A DNA stretch of 64,000 nt from an uncultured Methanosarcinaceae archaeon (GTDB taxonomy: Archaea; Halobacteriota; Methanosarcinia; Methanosarcinales; Methanosarcinaceae): assembly GCA_963727895.1 (NCBI GenBank), contig CAVSHT010000009.1, forward strand, positions 96,001-160,000, read 5' to 3'. Each line of letters starts with the position of its first letter. Within the stretch, counting starts at the first letter, position 1. The notes under the pieces were generated by a model. The model saw only the letters and a list, made by a program, of their open reading frames with translations, searched no databases and had not been told where the DNA came from. The position numbers and the translations under genes were made by a program. Positions 53,826-64,000 of the stretch are shown one piece after another.

Positions 53826-55550
53826 ATGAAATTCGGTTTCAGGAAACCATCTTTAAAAAGATCTATTAAAGCAAGAACTACTGGTAAATTAAAACGCAAA
53901 GTAAAAAAGACCTTAGTACCATTTAGCATGAAAGTACATGAGGAGATTATCCTCACATGCTCTCTTGATCCTTTTTCCCCATAATCGCAAATATTTCACT
54001 AATTATTTTAATCCGTTCATCAACCGAAAAAATCTCAGTCTCAATAATCTTTCTCTTTTGGATTTCTCTTTTGATATCCGGTTTCATCTTCGTCCATCTC
54101 ATCGTTTGTAATAAGATGCCATAGTATCGTTGCAATTTTCCTTGCTAAGGCAATAATTGCTTTTGCATGTCCAATCGACTTCTTTTTTCTGTTAAAAAAC
54201 TCTTTTAACCTGCTATTCTTCTTTCTTGCTGCTGCTTGAGCAATCTGTGTCAGAATCCACCTTGCTACTTTTGATCCCCTCTTTGTGATTCTGCCGTTAT
54301 AGTATTTATCTGCAGATTGATACACATTAGGAACTAGACCAAGCCAAGAAGCAAGCTTATTTCCAGAAGAAAAATCCTTAAAGTTGCCTATTTCAGCAAG
54401 TAAAATTGCCGCACCAAGTTCCCCCTATACCTGGAACTGACATTAAAATCTCCATTTCTCGCTTATGATTTCGAGAAGCATAATTGAAAATTTCTGTTTC
54501 TAAAGCTTCGAGTTCATCATCAAGACTTTTTATGAGTTCCAGACAGATCTGAAGTCTGAATGCAGCACTTTGAGAAATTTCTCGATCAAGAATTTCTCTT
54601 ATCTGAGCAGCTTTTTTCCGAACATTTGGAGAGAGGCTTGCAATAATCTGATCAACACTCTTACCTGAAGAGATTCCTAATAAAATCATTCTGCCATTCT
54701 TGCCAAAAACGTCTGTCAGCACATTATTCAGGTGTAGCATTTCAGATGCAAAAATTGAATTTCAGATGCAAGAATTGAGTGAGCTTTATTTTTTAAATCT
54801 GTTCTTTTTTGTACAAGTGTTAACCGAAGTCGAACATATGATCTAAAATCTATATGATCCTTTGGAAAAACTCTTGATGGCTGAATCATATTATTAAGTG
54901 CAAGTTGTGCAATGACTTCTGAGTCAATCTTATCTGTTTTTGTATGGGTAAATACCTTCATATCTCGCGCATTTCCAACTATCACAGTTAGATGCTTTAC
55001 CAATGAATCATGAATCGGAACCTAAAATTCGCTGGTTGATTCACATGCAACAACATCACATTTTTCTGATATTACCCAATTTTTAAGGGCTAAAATTCCT
55101 TCATCATCTCTGTTGAAACGTTGCTGTTGTTTTTCACCAGATCTACTGAGAATTGTAGCAATGAAAAAGAGTTTGTGAATGTCTAAACCACAAGCTTTGT
55201 TTATGACTTCAATCAAATTAGATCACCAAATTTATTTGGGCAGTGGAATTGCCTAAAAGGCCAATTTAGCATCCGTGATCAAAGCCACACTTGAGCCTTC
55301 GATGGCAATTCACTGATTAGTTTTAGGACGGTTTTGAAAAACCAAAATCGAGACAACCTTACTGCCCAAGGTAATGAGGGCTTAATAGTCAAAAAAAAGA
55401 ACGGAGAGTACTTTCATTAGTTGTGCTTGTTATTCGAAGAAAAGCATGTGCGTTTTAGGGGAAAAGGGAACGAGAATTGTAAAAAATCCAAAAAAAGCAG
55501 TGTACAATAAGTTTACCATAGGACATCATTTAGTGTATTCGGTTTTTTTA
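53826..55550 (+). pseudogene. Small basic protein gene split by the IS110 insertion
   Basis: MKFGFRKPSLKRSIKARTTGKLKRKVKKTLVP before the IS; ...KGTRIVKNPKKAVYNK... after it. Confidence 0.65.
53921..55451 (-). mobile_element. IS110-family element, transposase fragmented (53953-55216); boundaries approximate
   Basis: CGLDIHK, ACEST, KTDKID, SVPGIG, YQSA...GRITKRGS, IALARK; subterminal IR ATGAAAGTAC (53928-53937) / GTACTTTCAT (55408-55417). Confidence 0.85.
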
Positions 55551-55800
55551 AGAGGCTATCTAAAAAATAAATTGTAACTATTCAGATAGCGCCTTGTTAA
55601 GGCTACACAATTTTTCCAATCTCCGAGGAAAAATTGGATATAAAATCAATGTTGCACTGGCGCACTCCACAGCAAGCTAGCAGGGTATTCGACTGAAATA
55701 AATTAACAATGTTTATTTTTGAGAACCGTTGAGTTATTAAAAATAAAACAGAATGAAGAAATATAAAAAGGTTAAAGTTTTCAGAACCGGGAGGAAAAAT

Positions 55801-56817
55801 ATGGGCACAGATATAGGCGATCTGCTCCAGAAAAGAAACGTTGAGCTTTCGGATTTTACAAATCAGGTGGTTGCAATTGATGCATTTAACACACTGCACC
55901 AATTTTTAAGCATTATTAGACAGCGGGATGGAAGTCCCCTAATTGATTCTGCAGGAAGAGTGACATCCCATCTTTCAGGCTTGCTTTATCGGACAGCGAG
56001 CCTTGTTGAAGCTGGGATTAAGCCTCTTTTTGTTTTTGACGGCAAACCTCCGGATCTCAAGGCTGAAACCCTGAATAAGAGAAAAGAAATAAGAGAATCT
56101 TCTCGAGAAAAATGGGAAAATGCAAAGGCTGCAGGGGATCTTGAATCGGCTTATAAGTATGCTCAGGCTTCTTCAAAAGTAAACCAGGAAATTGTTGAAG
56201 ATTCCAAATATCTCCTCAGTATTATGGGAGTTCCCTTTGTCCAAGCTCCCTGTGAAGGTGAAGCACAGGCTGCACATATGGTTCTAAGGAAAGATGCAAA
56301 CTGCGTTGCTTCGCAAGATTATGATTCTTTTCTTTTCGGAGCTCCGGTTGTTGTCCGGAACCTGGCTATAACAGGAAAACGCAAGCTTCCGGGAAAGAAT
56401 ATTTACGTTGATGTCGAACCAGAAAAAATAGAGCTGGATGAAACTCTTGAAGCCCTGAAAATTACTAGGGAACAACTAATTGATATCGCTATCTGTGTGG
56501 GCACGGATTATAACAAAGGACTGGAAAAGGTAGGTCCTAAAACAGCCCTCAAACTAATAAAAAAGCATGGGGATATTTATACCATACTTCGAGAAAAAAA
56601 TGTAGAAATTGATGCTGTGGATAGGATAAGAGATATTTTTCTCCACCCTGAAGTAACGGATAATTATGAAATAAAATGGGGAAAACCTGACTCTGAAAAA
56701 CTTCTCGAATTCCTCTGCGAAAGTCACGATTTCTCAGTTGATAGAGTGAAAAAAGCTGCAGAACGCCTTAAAGCCGCATCTGGAGCCAGACAAAAAACTC
56801 TTGATCAGTGGTTTTAA
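55801..56817 (+). CDS. fen: Flap endonuclease 1
   Basis: [34 protein letters not shown] box QKTLDQWF. Confidence 0.96.
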   Translation: MGTDIGDLLQKRNVELSDFTNQVVAIDAFNTLHQFLSIIRQRDGSPLIDSAGRVTSHLSGLLYRTASLVEAGIKPLFVFDGKPPDLKAETLNKRKEIRESSREKWENAKAAGDLESAYKYAQASSKVNQEIVEDSKYLLSIMGVPFVQAPCEGEAQAAHMVLRKDANCVASQDYDSFLFGAPVVVRNLAITGKRKLPGKNIYVDVEPEKIELDETLEALKITREQLIDIAICVGTDYNKGLEKVGPKTALKLIKKHGDIYTILREKNVEIDAVDRIRDIFLHPEVTDNYEIKWGKPDSEKLLEFLCESHDFSVDRVKKAAERLKAASGARQKTLDQWF

Positions 56818-56977
56818 GGAGTGTTCTGTGTAAAATTTTCATTTAAATTCATTATTTCTACAAATATGGTTGTACATGTTAACTCGCTCGGATTAGTCGA
56901 GAAATCATTTTACAGACAGGCTGAACATAAACACAACAACCTCCTTTCCATTCTTACCAATCTTATATCTAAGTTTT

Positions 56978-57934
56978 TCAAAATCGGGAGATTTCTGCTC
57001 CGCGATTCCTTGCCTTGGTAAGCATCACGAGTCCACCAACGGATTCGTCTAGCATTTTCTGAACTTCTGCCTGAAGCTGCCTGCCTTCCGATTTATTGTC
57101 TACAAAGGAGTATACTACAGGACCAAAAGAACTTACTCCGGCCCCGTAACTTCGATTGCGCATAAAAGAAGCTATACTTTTCACAAAATCAGGCCAGATA
57201 AGGTTCTCTCTTTTGTTAAATCCAACAGTCTGAACATGATTTACTGCAGCCCCAAAACTTTCGATATCTTCCTCTATTACGGCAGGCATCATCTGCATGA
57301 GCACTACATGGCAAATTTCCCTAACTTCTTCAATAGGGAGAGGACAGAATTTTTTGAAGGTTTCGATTTCTTCCTGGTCGTGCATTCCTTTTTCATTTGG
57401 AATTGCTACAACCATATCCCATTCAGGAAAATCTTCTCTGAAGAGCACTGGTCCAGGAGGCACACGACTAGCAGCCGATGGCATAAAACCACCTTTATCT
57501 TTAAATTTGTGCCCTCCGTCAACTATAAATCCGCCTTTTTCAAAAGCAGCAACCCCAATCCCGGATGTACCACCTCTGCTAATAGCAACTGCAAGTTCTC
57601 TAACGTTCTTCCCAAGTGCATACAGTTCGTTCACAGCTGCTGCCGCAGCCAGAGAAGATTGAGTTCCGGATCCAAAACCTACATGGGCAGGGTACAATTC
57701 CTGTACATTGATCTTGATTCCTTTTCCTTCTGGAAGCAAGGCTTCAGCAGCTTTTTTCATTCTATTGGCAAAACCTTGAAGACCTTCAATAATAATTTCA
57801 TCATCTTCTTCGGCAGTAATTCTTATATTAGGAGAGGAAAGGGTTAGTCCTGCTCCTCCATCAACTCTTCCGATTTCCGCATTCATATCAATAAGGGTCA
57901 TATGAATTCGGCAAGGGGTGGTTATTTTGATCAT
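56978..57934 (-). CDS. mptG: Beta-ribofuranosylaminobenzene 5'-phosphate synthase (methanopterin pathway)
   Basis: RIHMTLID, RVDGG, GHMP-like PAHVGFGSGTQ, RGGTSGIG, SSFGP. Confidence 0.9.
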   Translation of the reverse strand: MIKITTPCRIHMTLIDMNAEIGRVDGGAGLTLSSPNIRITAEEDDEIIIEGLQGFANRMKKAAEALLPEGKGIKINVQELYPAHVGFGSGTQSSLAAAAAVNELYALGKNVRELAVAISRGGTSGIGVAAFEKGGFIVDGGHKFKDKGGFMPSAASRVPPGPVLFREDFPEWDMVVAIPNEKGMHDQEEIETFKKFCPLPIEEVREICHVVLMQMMPAVIEEDIESFGAAVNHVQTVGFNKRENLIWPDFVKSIASFMRNRSYGAGVSSFGPVVYSFVDNKSEGRQLQAEVQKMLDESVGGLVMLTKARNRGAEISRF

Positions 57935-58157
57935 TCTTGTTAAACTCCGAGAATAGACTTGAAGCTTTATGGTTTTCTAAGTCTTCTGATCTTTTTATTA
58001 TAGAGGCTGATATTTAATCTTTTAAAAATGGTTTTTATTAAACTTCAAGTTTCATGGAAAATAGCACACAAAACGTAAAAAAGAGAATTAAAAAAGAAAA
58101 TTACAGTTAAGAGGAATTGATCGATCAAAAGTTTAAAATAGTTTTCTATCTCTTTAA

Positions 58158-59705
58158 CTACTTTTTTGTAATAAGTGATTCTCCTTTCATTTCCTCAGGT
58201 TTTGGGATCTTAAGGAGTTCCAGAAGAGTTGGTGCCAGATCGCACAGTTTTCCGTTCCTAAGAGCTTTTGTCTCACTATCCCCTACGTAAATGCATTTTA
58301 CCGGATTTGAAGTATGTGCAGTATGTGGTTCTCCTGTTGTTAGATTTTTCATCTGTTCGGCATTCCCATGGTCTGCAGTTATAATTGCTTCACCTCCGAC
58401 TTCTTCCAAAGTTGCTGTGATTTTGCCCACACAGTTATCTACAGTCTCTACTGCTTTTACTGCAGCCTCAATAATTCCGGTATGCCCTACCATATCCATA
58501 TTTGCGAAATTAAGGATTATTACGTTGTATTTTCCTGAGTTAATTCTTTTTATCACTTCATCCGTAACCTCATATGCACTCATTTCTGGTTTGAGGTCAT
58601 AAGTAGCAACTTTTGGAGAGGGAATAAGGCAACGATCTTCACCTTCATAGCATTTTTCCTGCCCTCCGTTCAAGAAGAAAGTCACATGGGCATACTTTTC
58701 GGTTTCAGCAATTCTAAGCTGAGTTAATCCATGTCTACTCAAGACTTCTCCAAGTACATTGACCAATTTTTCGGGAGGAAAAGCTATAGGCAAATCCAGT
58801 GTTTCATCATATTGAGCCATGCAAACATAGTAGACTTTTGGGTGTTTTTCTCTGGTAAAACCTTCAAAGTCTTTGTTCATAAAAGCCCAGGTAAGCTGTC
58901 GTGCTCTATCGGGTCTGAAATTAAAGAATATTATGGAATCATTATCCTGTATTACTGCCTCAGGATTTCCTGTGGAATCTGTAATCACAGTCGGTTTTAC
59001 GAACTCATCAGTTTCTCCTCTTTCATAAGATTCAGAAACTGCAGTCTCTGCATCATAAGCCTTATAGGGAGCAATTCCCAGATTCAGGGCATCATAGGCA
59101 AGTTTTGTTCTATCCCAGCGTTTATCTCTATCCATTGCATAATAACGCCCTGATACGGTTGCGATCTTAGCACTACCGTTTTCGTTACAAAAAGCATCAA
59201 GTTCCTTTATGTCTTTGAGGGCGGCTTTTGGAGGCACATCTCTACCATCCAAAAAGGCATGTATATAAACTTTTTTTAACCCTTTTTCATGTGCAAGTTT
59301 GATGAGAGAATAAATATGAGTCATGTAACTGTGGACGCCTCCGTAAGAAACAAGCCCCATGAGATGCAGGCTCGAGTTATTGACTTTGGCGTTTGAAATT
59401 GCGTTTAAAAAAACAGGATTTTCAAAGAAATCTCCGTTCTTAATTGAGAGGTTTATTCGGGTAAGATCCTGGTATACAATTCGCCCTGCTCCTATATTCA
59501 GATGCCCTACTTCAGAGTTTCCCATCTGACCTTCCGGAAGACCTACAGCCTCCCCTGAAGCTTCTAATAAACACCAGGGATATTTATTCGTTAAGTTATC
59601 AAGATTTGGAGTTCTGGATAACAGGATAGCATTTCCGTCTCTAGCTTCTCTGTAGCCCCAACCATCAAGAATTATCAGCATAAGAGGTTTTTTTGCCTGA
59701 GTCAT
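58158..59705 (-). CDS. gpmI: 2,3-bisphosphoglycerate-independent phosphoglycerate mutase
   Basis: [46 protein letters not shown]. Confidence 0.96.
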   Translation of the reverse strand: MTQAKKPLMLIILDGWGYREARDGNAILLSRTPNLDNLTNKYPWCLLEASGEAVGLPEGQMGNSEVGHLNIGAGRIVYQDLTRINLSIKNGDFFENPVFLNAISNAKVNNSSLHLMGLVSYGGVHSYMTHIYSLIKLAHEKGLKKVYIHAFLDGRDVPPKAALKDIKELDAFCNENGSAKIATVSGRYYAMDRDKRWDRTKLAYDALNLGIAPYKAYDAETAVSESYERGETDEFVKPTVITDSTGNPEAVIQDNDSIIFFNFRPDRARQLTWAFMNKDFEGFTREKHPKVYYVCMAQYDETLDLPIAFPPEKLVNVLGEVLSRHGLTQLRIAETEKYAHVTFFLNGGQEKCYEGEDRCLIPSPKVATYDLKPEMSAYEVTDEVIKRINSGKYNVIILNFANMDMVGHTGIIEAAVKAVETVDNCVGKITATLEEVGGEAIITADHGNAEQMKNLTTGEPHTAHTSNPVKCIYVGDSETKALRNGKLCDLAPTLLELLKIPKPEEMKGESLITKK

Positions 59706-59843
59706 ATGAAGCAAATTCCACACATGTTCATAAGAAGCTTTTGATATACACTAACATATTAGCTTACTGTGATATGTTTTTGAAGATATTTGTACATTTG
59801 CAGAAATTGGTTTTTAGAAAAGTGATTTGAAAATAGATATATT

Positions 59844-60129
59844 AAAAAGAACGGCAGCCGCAAAAAATCTGTGGGTAACATTGCAACAGTGGCTCACCTA
59901 AATGGCGATATATGGCCTGACTAAACAGGCTGAGTGGTTGATCTGCTCGCCGTTCTTGATAACAATTATATTGTGAACGGCTGTGAGCAAACAATGAGAG
60001 GAAATGAATTAGCCGTTCACATTTTGCAGGGCATGAGTAACCCGCGAGGCGGTTGTTTATAGGGAGGTTGAAAGGAGGCGCTGTTACCCGCCCCCAATTG
60101 TGTATCTTCACCAGCTCAGTGAAGTTCCG
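59844..60129 (-). ncRNA. Candidate structured small RNA (~280 nt)
   Basis: GC-rich island with four stem-loops, TATA-like box upstream on the minus strand, T-tract at the 3' end; no credible ORF. Confidence 0.55.
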
Positions 60130-60562
60130 TTTTTCAAGTAAATTACAAATATATATTAGCATTTAAAGGATATGAAGGTATGTGTTTTTATCACCAACCG
60201 TATATACATAATATTAATATATACTTGTGTATAAAATATATACATATAAAATATAGACCCGTATGTCTAGACCAATTGGTCTAGTACAATAAGCTAGGTA
60301 TTTTATTATTTTGTAGACCAGTCAGTCTAGTCAAAACGCAGGCAACGCAGATAAACGCAAGTAAAAACGCTCAAAATGCACATTTTTCAAAAAACTTTAA
60401 GCATCAATTGACATGAAACGTGTCAAAACAACGTATACTTACGCGCGCGAGTCCCCATAGAATTAACTTAAAGGGTCTTCAAAAATTTTGGTGTTTCTCT
60501 AAAGGATTAGACGCCAAAACGCAAAAAACGCAAGTATTTTTTGTGCCCTCAATTGTGTAGTT

Positions 60563-61112
60563 ATGAACGAAATGAAAGCGATATTCCGCCATTGACTTTG
60601 TGTTTATCGAGCATGATTTTTCTTCAAGATCTGCAGCATTAATGTAGATCATAGATAACCAGCTTGCAAGAAGAAACATAAACGGTGAAACTAGAAATTA
60701 TCTTCTTGGGACTAGGTATAGTGAAGAAAAGAAAGAACATGGCGGGGATAGAAAATCAATTATTCACAATGAACAATTGAAACCAACTGTTAAGAAAATA
60801 GCTGAACAGTCAAAAGCAGGTTTAAGCACCGTACAAAGAACTGAGAAGTATGCTGCTGCTATTAACATCATTGTTTCAAACACTGGCATAAGCCGCCATT
60901 TGCTTTAATTAGGCAATATAAAAGCCCCAATGAAAGACATAGTTGAACTTGCAAACAAATGCCCACCTGAAATACAGGCAAATGGGGACTACTTAATTGC
61001 TATTCCTTTTGAATTGCGCAGTATAGCAAAGAACAACAAATATTTTGAGTGCAAATGTGATCCGGCAACAGGCGAGATTTTGTATGTACCTTTGAACAGG
61101 GGAGGGGTATAA
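60563..61112 (+). pseudogene. Decayed ParB-N-like/HTH paralog of 61113-62312
   Basis: M*IIDNQLARRN...HGGDRKS...KIAEQ with in-frame stops at 60645 and 60906, continuing into ORF 60930-61112. Confidence 0.6.
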
Positions 61113-62312
61113 GTGGAGTTGAAAATAGGTCAAGAGTTTAAAGAATTGATTCCTCCTCTCTCAGCTGAGGAGCTTACAAATCTTGAGCAGAGCCTATTAA
61201 CTGAAGGCTGTAGGGATGCTATTCTCACTTGGAATGATTGCATTATTGACGGTCATAACAGGTATTCTCTGCGTACTAAGAACAACATATCTTTTAGGGT
61301 AGAGGCTAGAGAGTTTGAATCAAGAAATGACGTTTGTATATGGATGATTCAAAACCAATTCGGCAGAAGGAATTTGGCTAATTATACTAAAGGTAGTTTG
61401 AGCCTGAGACTTAAAGAGTATTTTAGAAAGAAAGGGAAAGAAAATATTTCTAACGCTGTTTCAGTTGCTAATGCAAACCGTAGTGAAAATCCAAGTTGTC
61501 AGAAATCTGACAAGATGGAATTTTCGAAAATAGACACTAAAAAAGAACTCTCAAGGTTGGCAGGTGTATCATATGATACAATATATAAGGTTGAGGAAAT
61601 TCAGTCTCAAACTCCTTCAACGCTCCTTCCTGAATTGGAGCGTCTAATAAATTCAAATGCAATTAGTCTTAATCAAGCTCATAAATTTGTCCGTGCAATA
61701 AAAGCAATTCAAGGAAAAGTACCTGACGAGGTTACAGTTGCAAATAAAATTCTTAATGAGTTCAATCAGAATCCTTCTGTTTCCCTTGAAAGTAAGACAA
61801 AAGACGTAATACGTGAAACTCAGCGTGCAGAAAGAGACCGGCAATTGAGAGAAGCTGAAGAAAAGAAAAGACTTGCTGCAGAGCAGGCTAGAAGAGAAAG
61901 AGAATTAAAAGAAAAAGCTGAGCGTGAACGTCTTGAAAAAGAAAGATTAGAACGGGAGCGCATTAGGCAAGAACAGCTTGAGAAAGAAAAATTAAGACGA
62001 GAACAGTGGGAAAAAGAAAGAGCTGAAAAAGAGCGCATTCGAAAAGAAAAAGCAGAGCAGGAAAGAATAAAAAGAGAAAAACTTGCATTTGAACAAGCTG
62101 AAAAAGCAAGAACAGCAGCAGAGCGGACAGCAGAATTTTCCGAAGCAATGGGCATAATTACTTTGCCCCACCCACGAAAAGTATGTGTCCTTCTGTCCTC
62201 ATTCTGTTTTCGAGTTCTTTCCATTCCTTCTGAAGTTTCGCTGCCTGTTTCTCTTTATTCTTTTCCTACCTCGCGCGACGCTCTTTTCGCCTCGCCTCGT
62301 TCTCTGCTATAG
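61113..62312 (+). CDS. ParB-N-like + HTH + charged coiled-coil protein of mobile-element type, probably truncated near 62120
   Basis: LIPPLS.EE, IIDGHNRY, NQFGRRNL, LAGVSYDTI; E/R/K-rich helix; last ~60 aa are antisense to minus-strand genes. Confidence 0.7.
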   Translation: MELKIGQEFKELIPPLSAEELTNLEQSLLTEGCRDAILTWNDCIIDGHNRYSLRTKNNISFRVEAREFESRNDVCIWMIQNQFGRRNLANYTKGSLSLRLKEYFRKKGKENISNAVSVANANRSENPSCQKSDKMEFSKIDTKKELSRLAGVSYDTIYKVEEIQSQTPSTLLPELERLINSNAISLNQAHKFVRAIKAIQGKVPDEVTVANKILNEFNQNPSVSLESKTKDVIRETQRAERDRQLREAEEKKRLAAEQARRERELKEKAERERLEKERLERERIRQEQLEKEKLRREQWEKERAEKERIRKEKAEQERIKREKLAFEQAEKARTAAERTAEFSEAMGIITLPHPRKVCVLLSSFCFRVLSIPSEVSLPVSLYSFPTSRDALFASPRSLL

Positions 62313-62502
62313 CTTTTTGAAACTGCTCGGTTTTTTCAAGGCGGGTGACTTCTTCAATGGCGAACAGTTGAACTGGTCTGTCTCTCCTGTGAATGTTTGT
62401 GACTTGGGCTGCACATTCTAAACCTGTGTCTCGCATTATTTCAGCAGTCCATCCTCTGCTTTTTATTTCAGTTAGTGAGTAATATATTTTTGGATAATTC
62501 AT
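62158..62502 (-). CDS. Hypothetical protein with in-frame TAG at 62266-62268
   Basis: 78-aa ORF (IKSRGWT) continues past TAG for 35 codons to TAA 62158-62160. Confidence 0.5.
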
Positions 62503-62522
62503 TTTTAATCACGCTGTAAAAA

Positions 62523-62871
62523 TTATTTTGTTAGTAGTGGGTTTACTTTTAGAACCACTTTTTCAGTAATTTCTTTATTTATAGCCATGTCATGACGCTG
62601 ACTTACTGCTCTAATTTTGGCGATCTTATTCTCCTCAGGTATTTGCTTCGGAACTTTTTGTTTTTCAGAAATTTTCCTGCCTTTTGCTTTCATAGCTTCT
62701 GTAGGTTCCTCAGGATCTTTACCCAAACGGAAAGGCCAGAGCGCGCACTTGCAAGTAAGGTTCAGCATTTGAACCCGCTGCACAGTTTTTCACGTCAAGG
62801 TATGATCCGCCGCAGCACTCTAAACAATGTGTTCTAACTGTTTGTAATAGTTTCGTTTTTGTAGTCGTCAT
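62523..62871 (-). pseudogene. Small Cys-rich mobile-element protein, frameshifted
   Basis: VRTHCLECCGGS...C then, in another frame, CALWPFRLGKDP. Confidence 0.6.
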
Positions 62872-62892
62872 TTTTATTCCCCAAAAGCATTT

Positions 62893-63063
62893 TTACACCT
62901 TTGTTGGTGCGCGCTCAGCTTGTCTGACGATTCTCAAACTATTCAATGAATTGATATGAACTTGAACTACGTCATCACGTTTTAGATCTATTTTTTCACA
63001 ATACTTTTTTGGCACAATGATTACTAAGTGCCCCCGGAACATTTTCGCTTTCGTTTTTATCAT
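62893..63063 (-). CDS. AbrB/MazE-like small DNA-binding protein (56 aa)
   Basis: GHLVIIVPKKYCEKIDLKRDDVVQV pattern; below ORF-track length cutoff. Confidence 0.55.
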   Translation of the reverse strand: MIKTKAKMFRGHLVIIVPKKYCEKIDLKRDDVVQVHINSLNSLRIVRQAERAPTKV

Positions 63064-63073
63064 GTATTCGACC

Positions 63074-63229
63074 TCAATCGATTTTTATTTTAGTTATATG
63101 CAAACTGTTTCCTACTTTTTCGATGTTGACGCAACTTTCACAGTTCAAATCAAGTTCATGCGCAAGTTTAGCAGGAACTCCAATTCCGATACTGCCGTCT
63201 CGATTTAACTTTAAAACTGTTTTCAACAT
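63074..63229 (-). CDS. AbrB/MazE-like small DNA-binding protein (51 aa)
   Basis: GSIGIGVPAKLAHELDL..ESCVNIEKVGNSLHI. Confidence 0.6.
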   Translation of the reverse strand: MLKTVLKLNRDGSIGIGVPAKLAHELDLNCESCVNIEKVGNSLHITKIKID

Positions 63230-63680
63230 TTTTAAAACTCCGAATCTTCGATTATTACTACTATATACGCTGCCAAAATAAGTAAGCGTTTCGATAATTA
63301 AGCTCATAAGTCCAAAAAAACTAAATTGTCAGACTTTAAAACTGCTTAGGAAAATAAATAGAATATATTTCCAAAATATAAAAAGAATCGTAACCAGTTA
63401 AATTCTGAAAAAGAGAAGGATTAAATTTTTTGGCCGTAATTATGGGGACTCGGACATGTAATGCCCAATCGACTTCTATTTCCTGTCGAAAAACTAACTT
63501 TTATAATTATAATAGTTAAAAGAAAAAATTAAAGTAGTATGTTTGAAAGTAATATAAGGAGTTCGAATATGCCTGTCAACTATATTTGAAACTCACATTC
63601 CAAGAGGCAATAATTCCTTGGTTTGAGAGTGTTTAAGGTTTATCCCTGCCTCTTGAGTAAAAGAAAGAGGTAATTAACTG

Positions 63681-64000
63681 ATGACAATAAAGAAGAAAAT
63701 CAAAATAAGTGCTGTGTTCGCAACCATATTACTTGTGACCATCTTATTAGTGTCAGTAGTAAATGCTCAAGGAAATGAAACTACACAAAAAAATGCTACT
63801 GAAAAGCCTACCTTTTATCCGGAAACTCTTGAGGAACTAAGAAGTAATCCAGATTTTGTTGCTGAATATGGGAGCATACCCACTTTCACAACAACAGAAG
63901 AGAGATCCAAATGGATCGCTATTCTCTCTAAAATATTAGATAATATTTCTGTTGGTTTTGGTCAAGATCAAAAAATGATGAAGTATTTTGATCCGGTTGG
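63681..64000 (+). CDS. Secreted protein, N-terminal part (runs off window)
   Basis: GAGGT upstream; signal peptide KKKIK-hydrophobic-VNA; frame open to window end. Confidence 0.7.
   Translation, partial: MTIKKKIKISAVFATILLVTILLVSVVNAQGNETTQKNATEKPTFYPETLEELRSNPDFVAEYGSIPTFTTTEERSKWIAILSKILDNISVGFGQDQKMMKYFDPV

Noticed and set aside
59842..60162. 106-aa minus-strand ORF, or SRP/RNase P/tRNA identity for the GC-rich island
   Set aside because: The ORF has no recognisable features; SRP and RNase P motifs were not seen; GGCTGAGTGGTT resembles a tRNA D-arm but no cloverleaf forms
61820..62224. 134-aa Ser/Phe/Leu-rich minus-strand ORF
   Set aside because: Mostly an antisense shadow of the E/R/K coiled-coil coding region

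Overview
AT-rich archaeal chromosome segment, most likely Methanosarcina (inferred from RFAP synthase, a methanogenesis marker 8-like gene, archaeal TBP/FEN1/PAN and the ftsZ-secE-spt5-rpl11-rpl1-rpl10-rpl12 cluster). Core genes and two tRNA-Arg genes are intact, but many other genes carry frameshifts or nonsense codons, including smc, scpB, ecfT, a HEAT-repeat gene and a metal permease. Mobile DNA comprises three 740-bp IS1-family copies, a decayed IS110, a MITE, a TIR-bounded 2-kb cargo segment and a decayed plasmid/virus-like island near the right end. The most notable signals are: (1) a broken caspase-like/CLec (FGE-sulfatase) gene whose 3' end looks like a diversity-generating-retroelement variable region followed by GAA mini-hairpins, with no RT or template repeat in this window; (2) an unannotated ~280-nt structured RNA candidate with anti-SD loops; (3) swapped target-site duplications indicating an IS1-mediated inversion of the GNAT-dtxR-feoB block; (4) a bridge-RNA-like leader in the IS110; (5) apparent decay of the condensin operon. 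All family assignments come from motif recognition by eye, not database searches.
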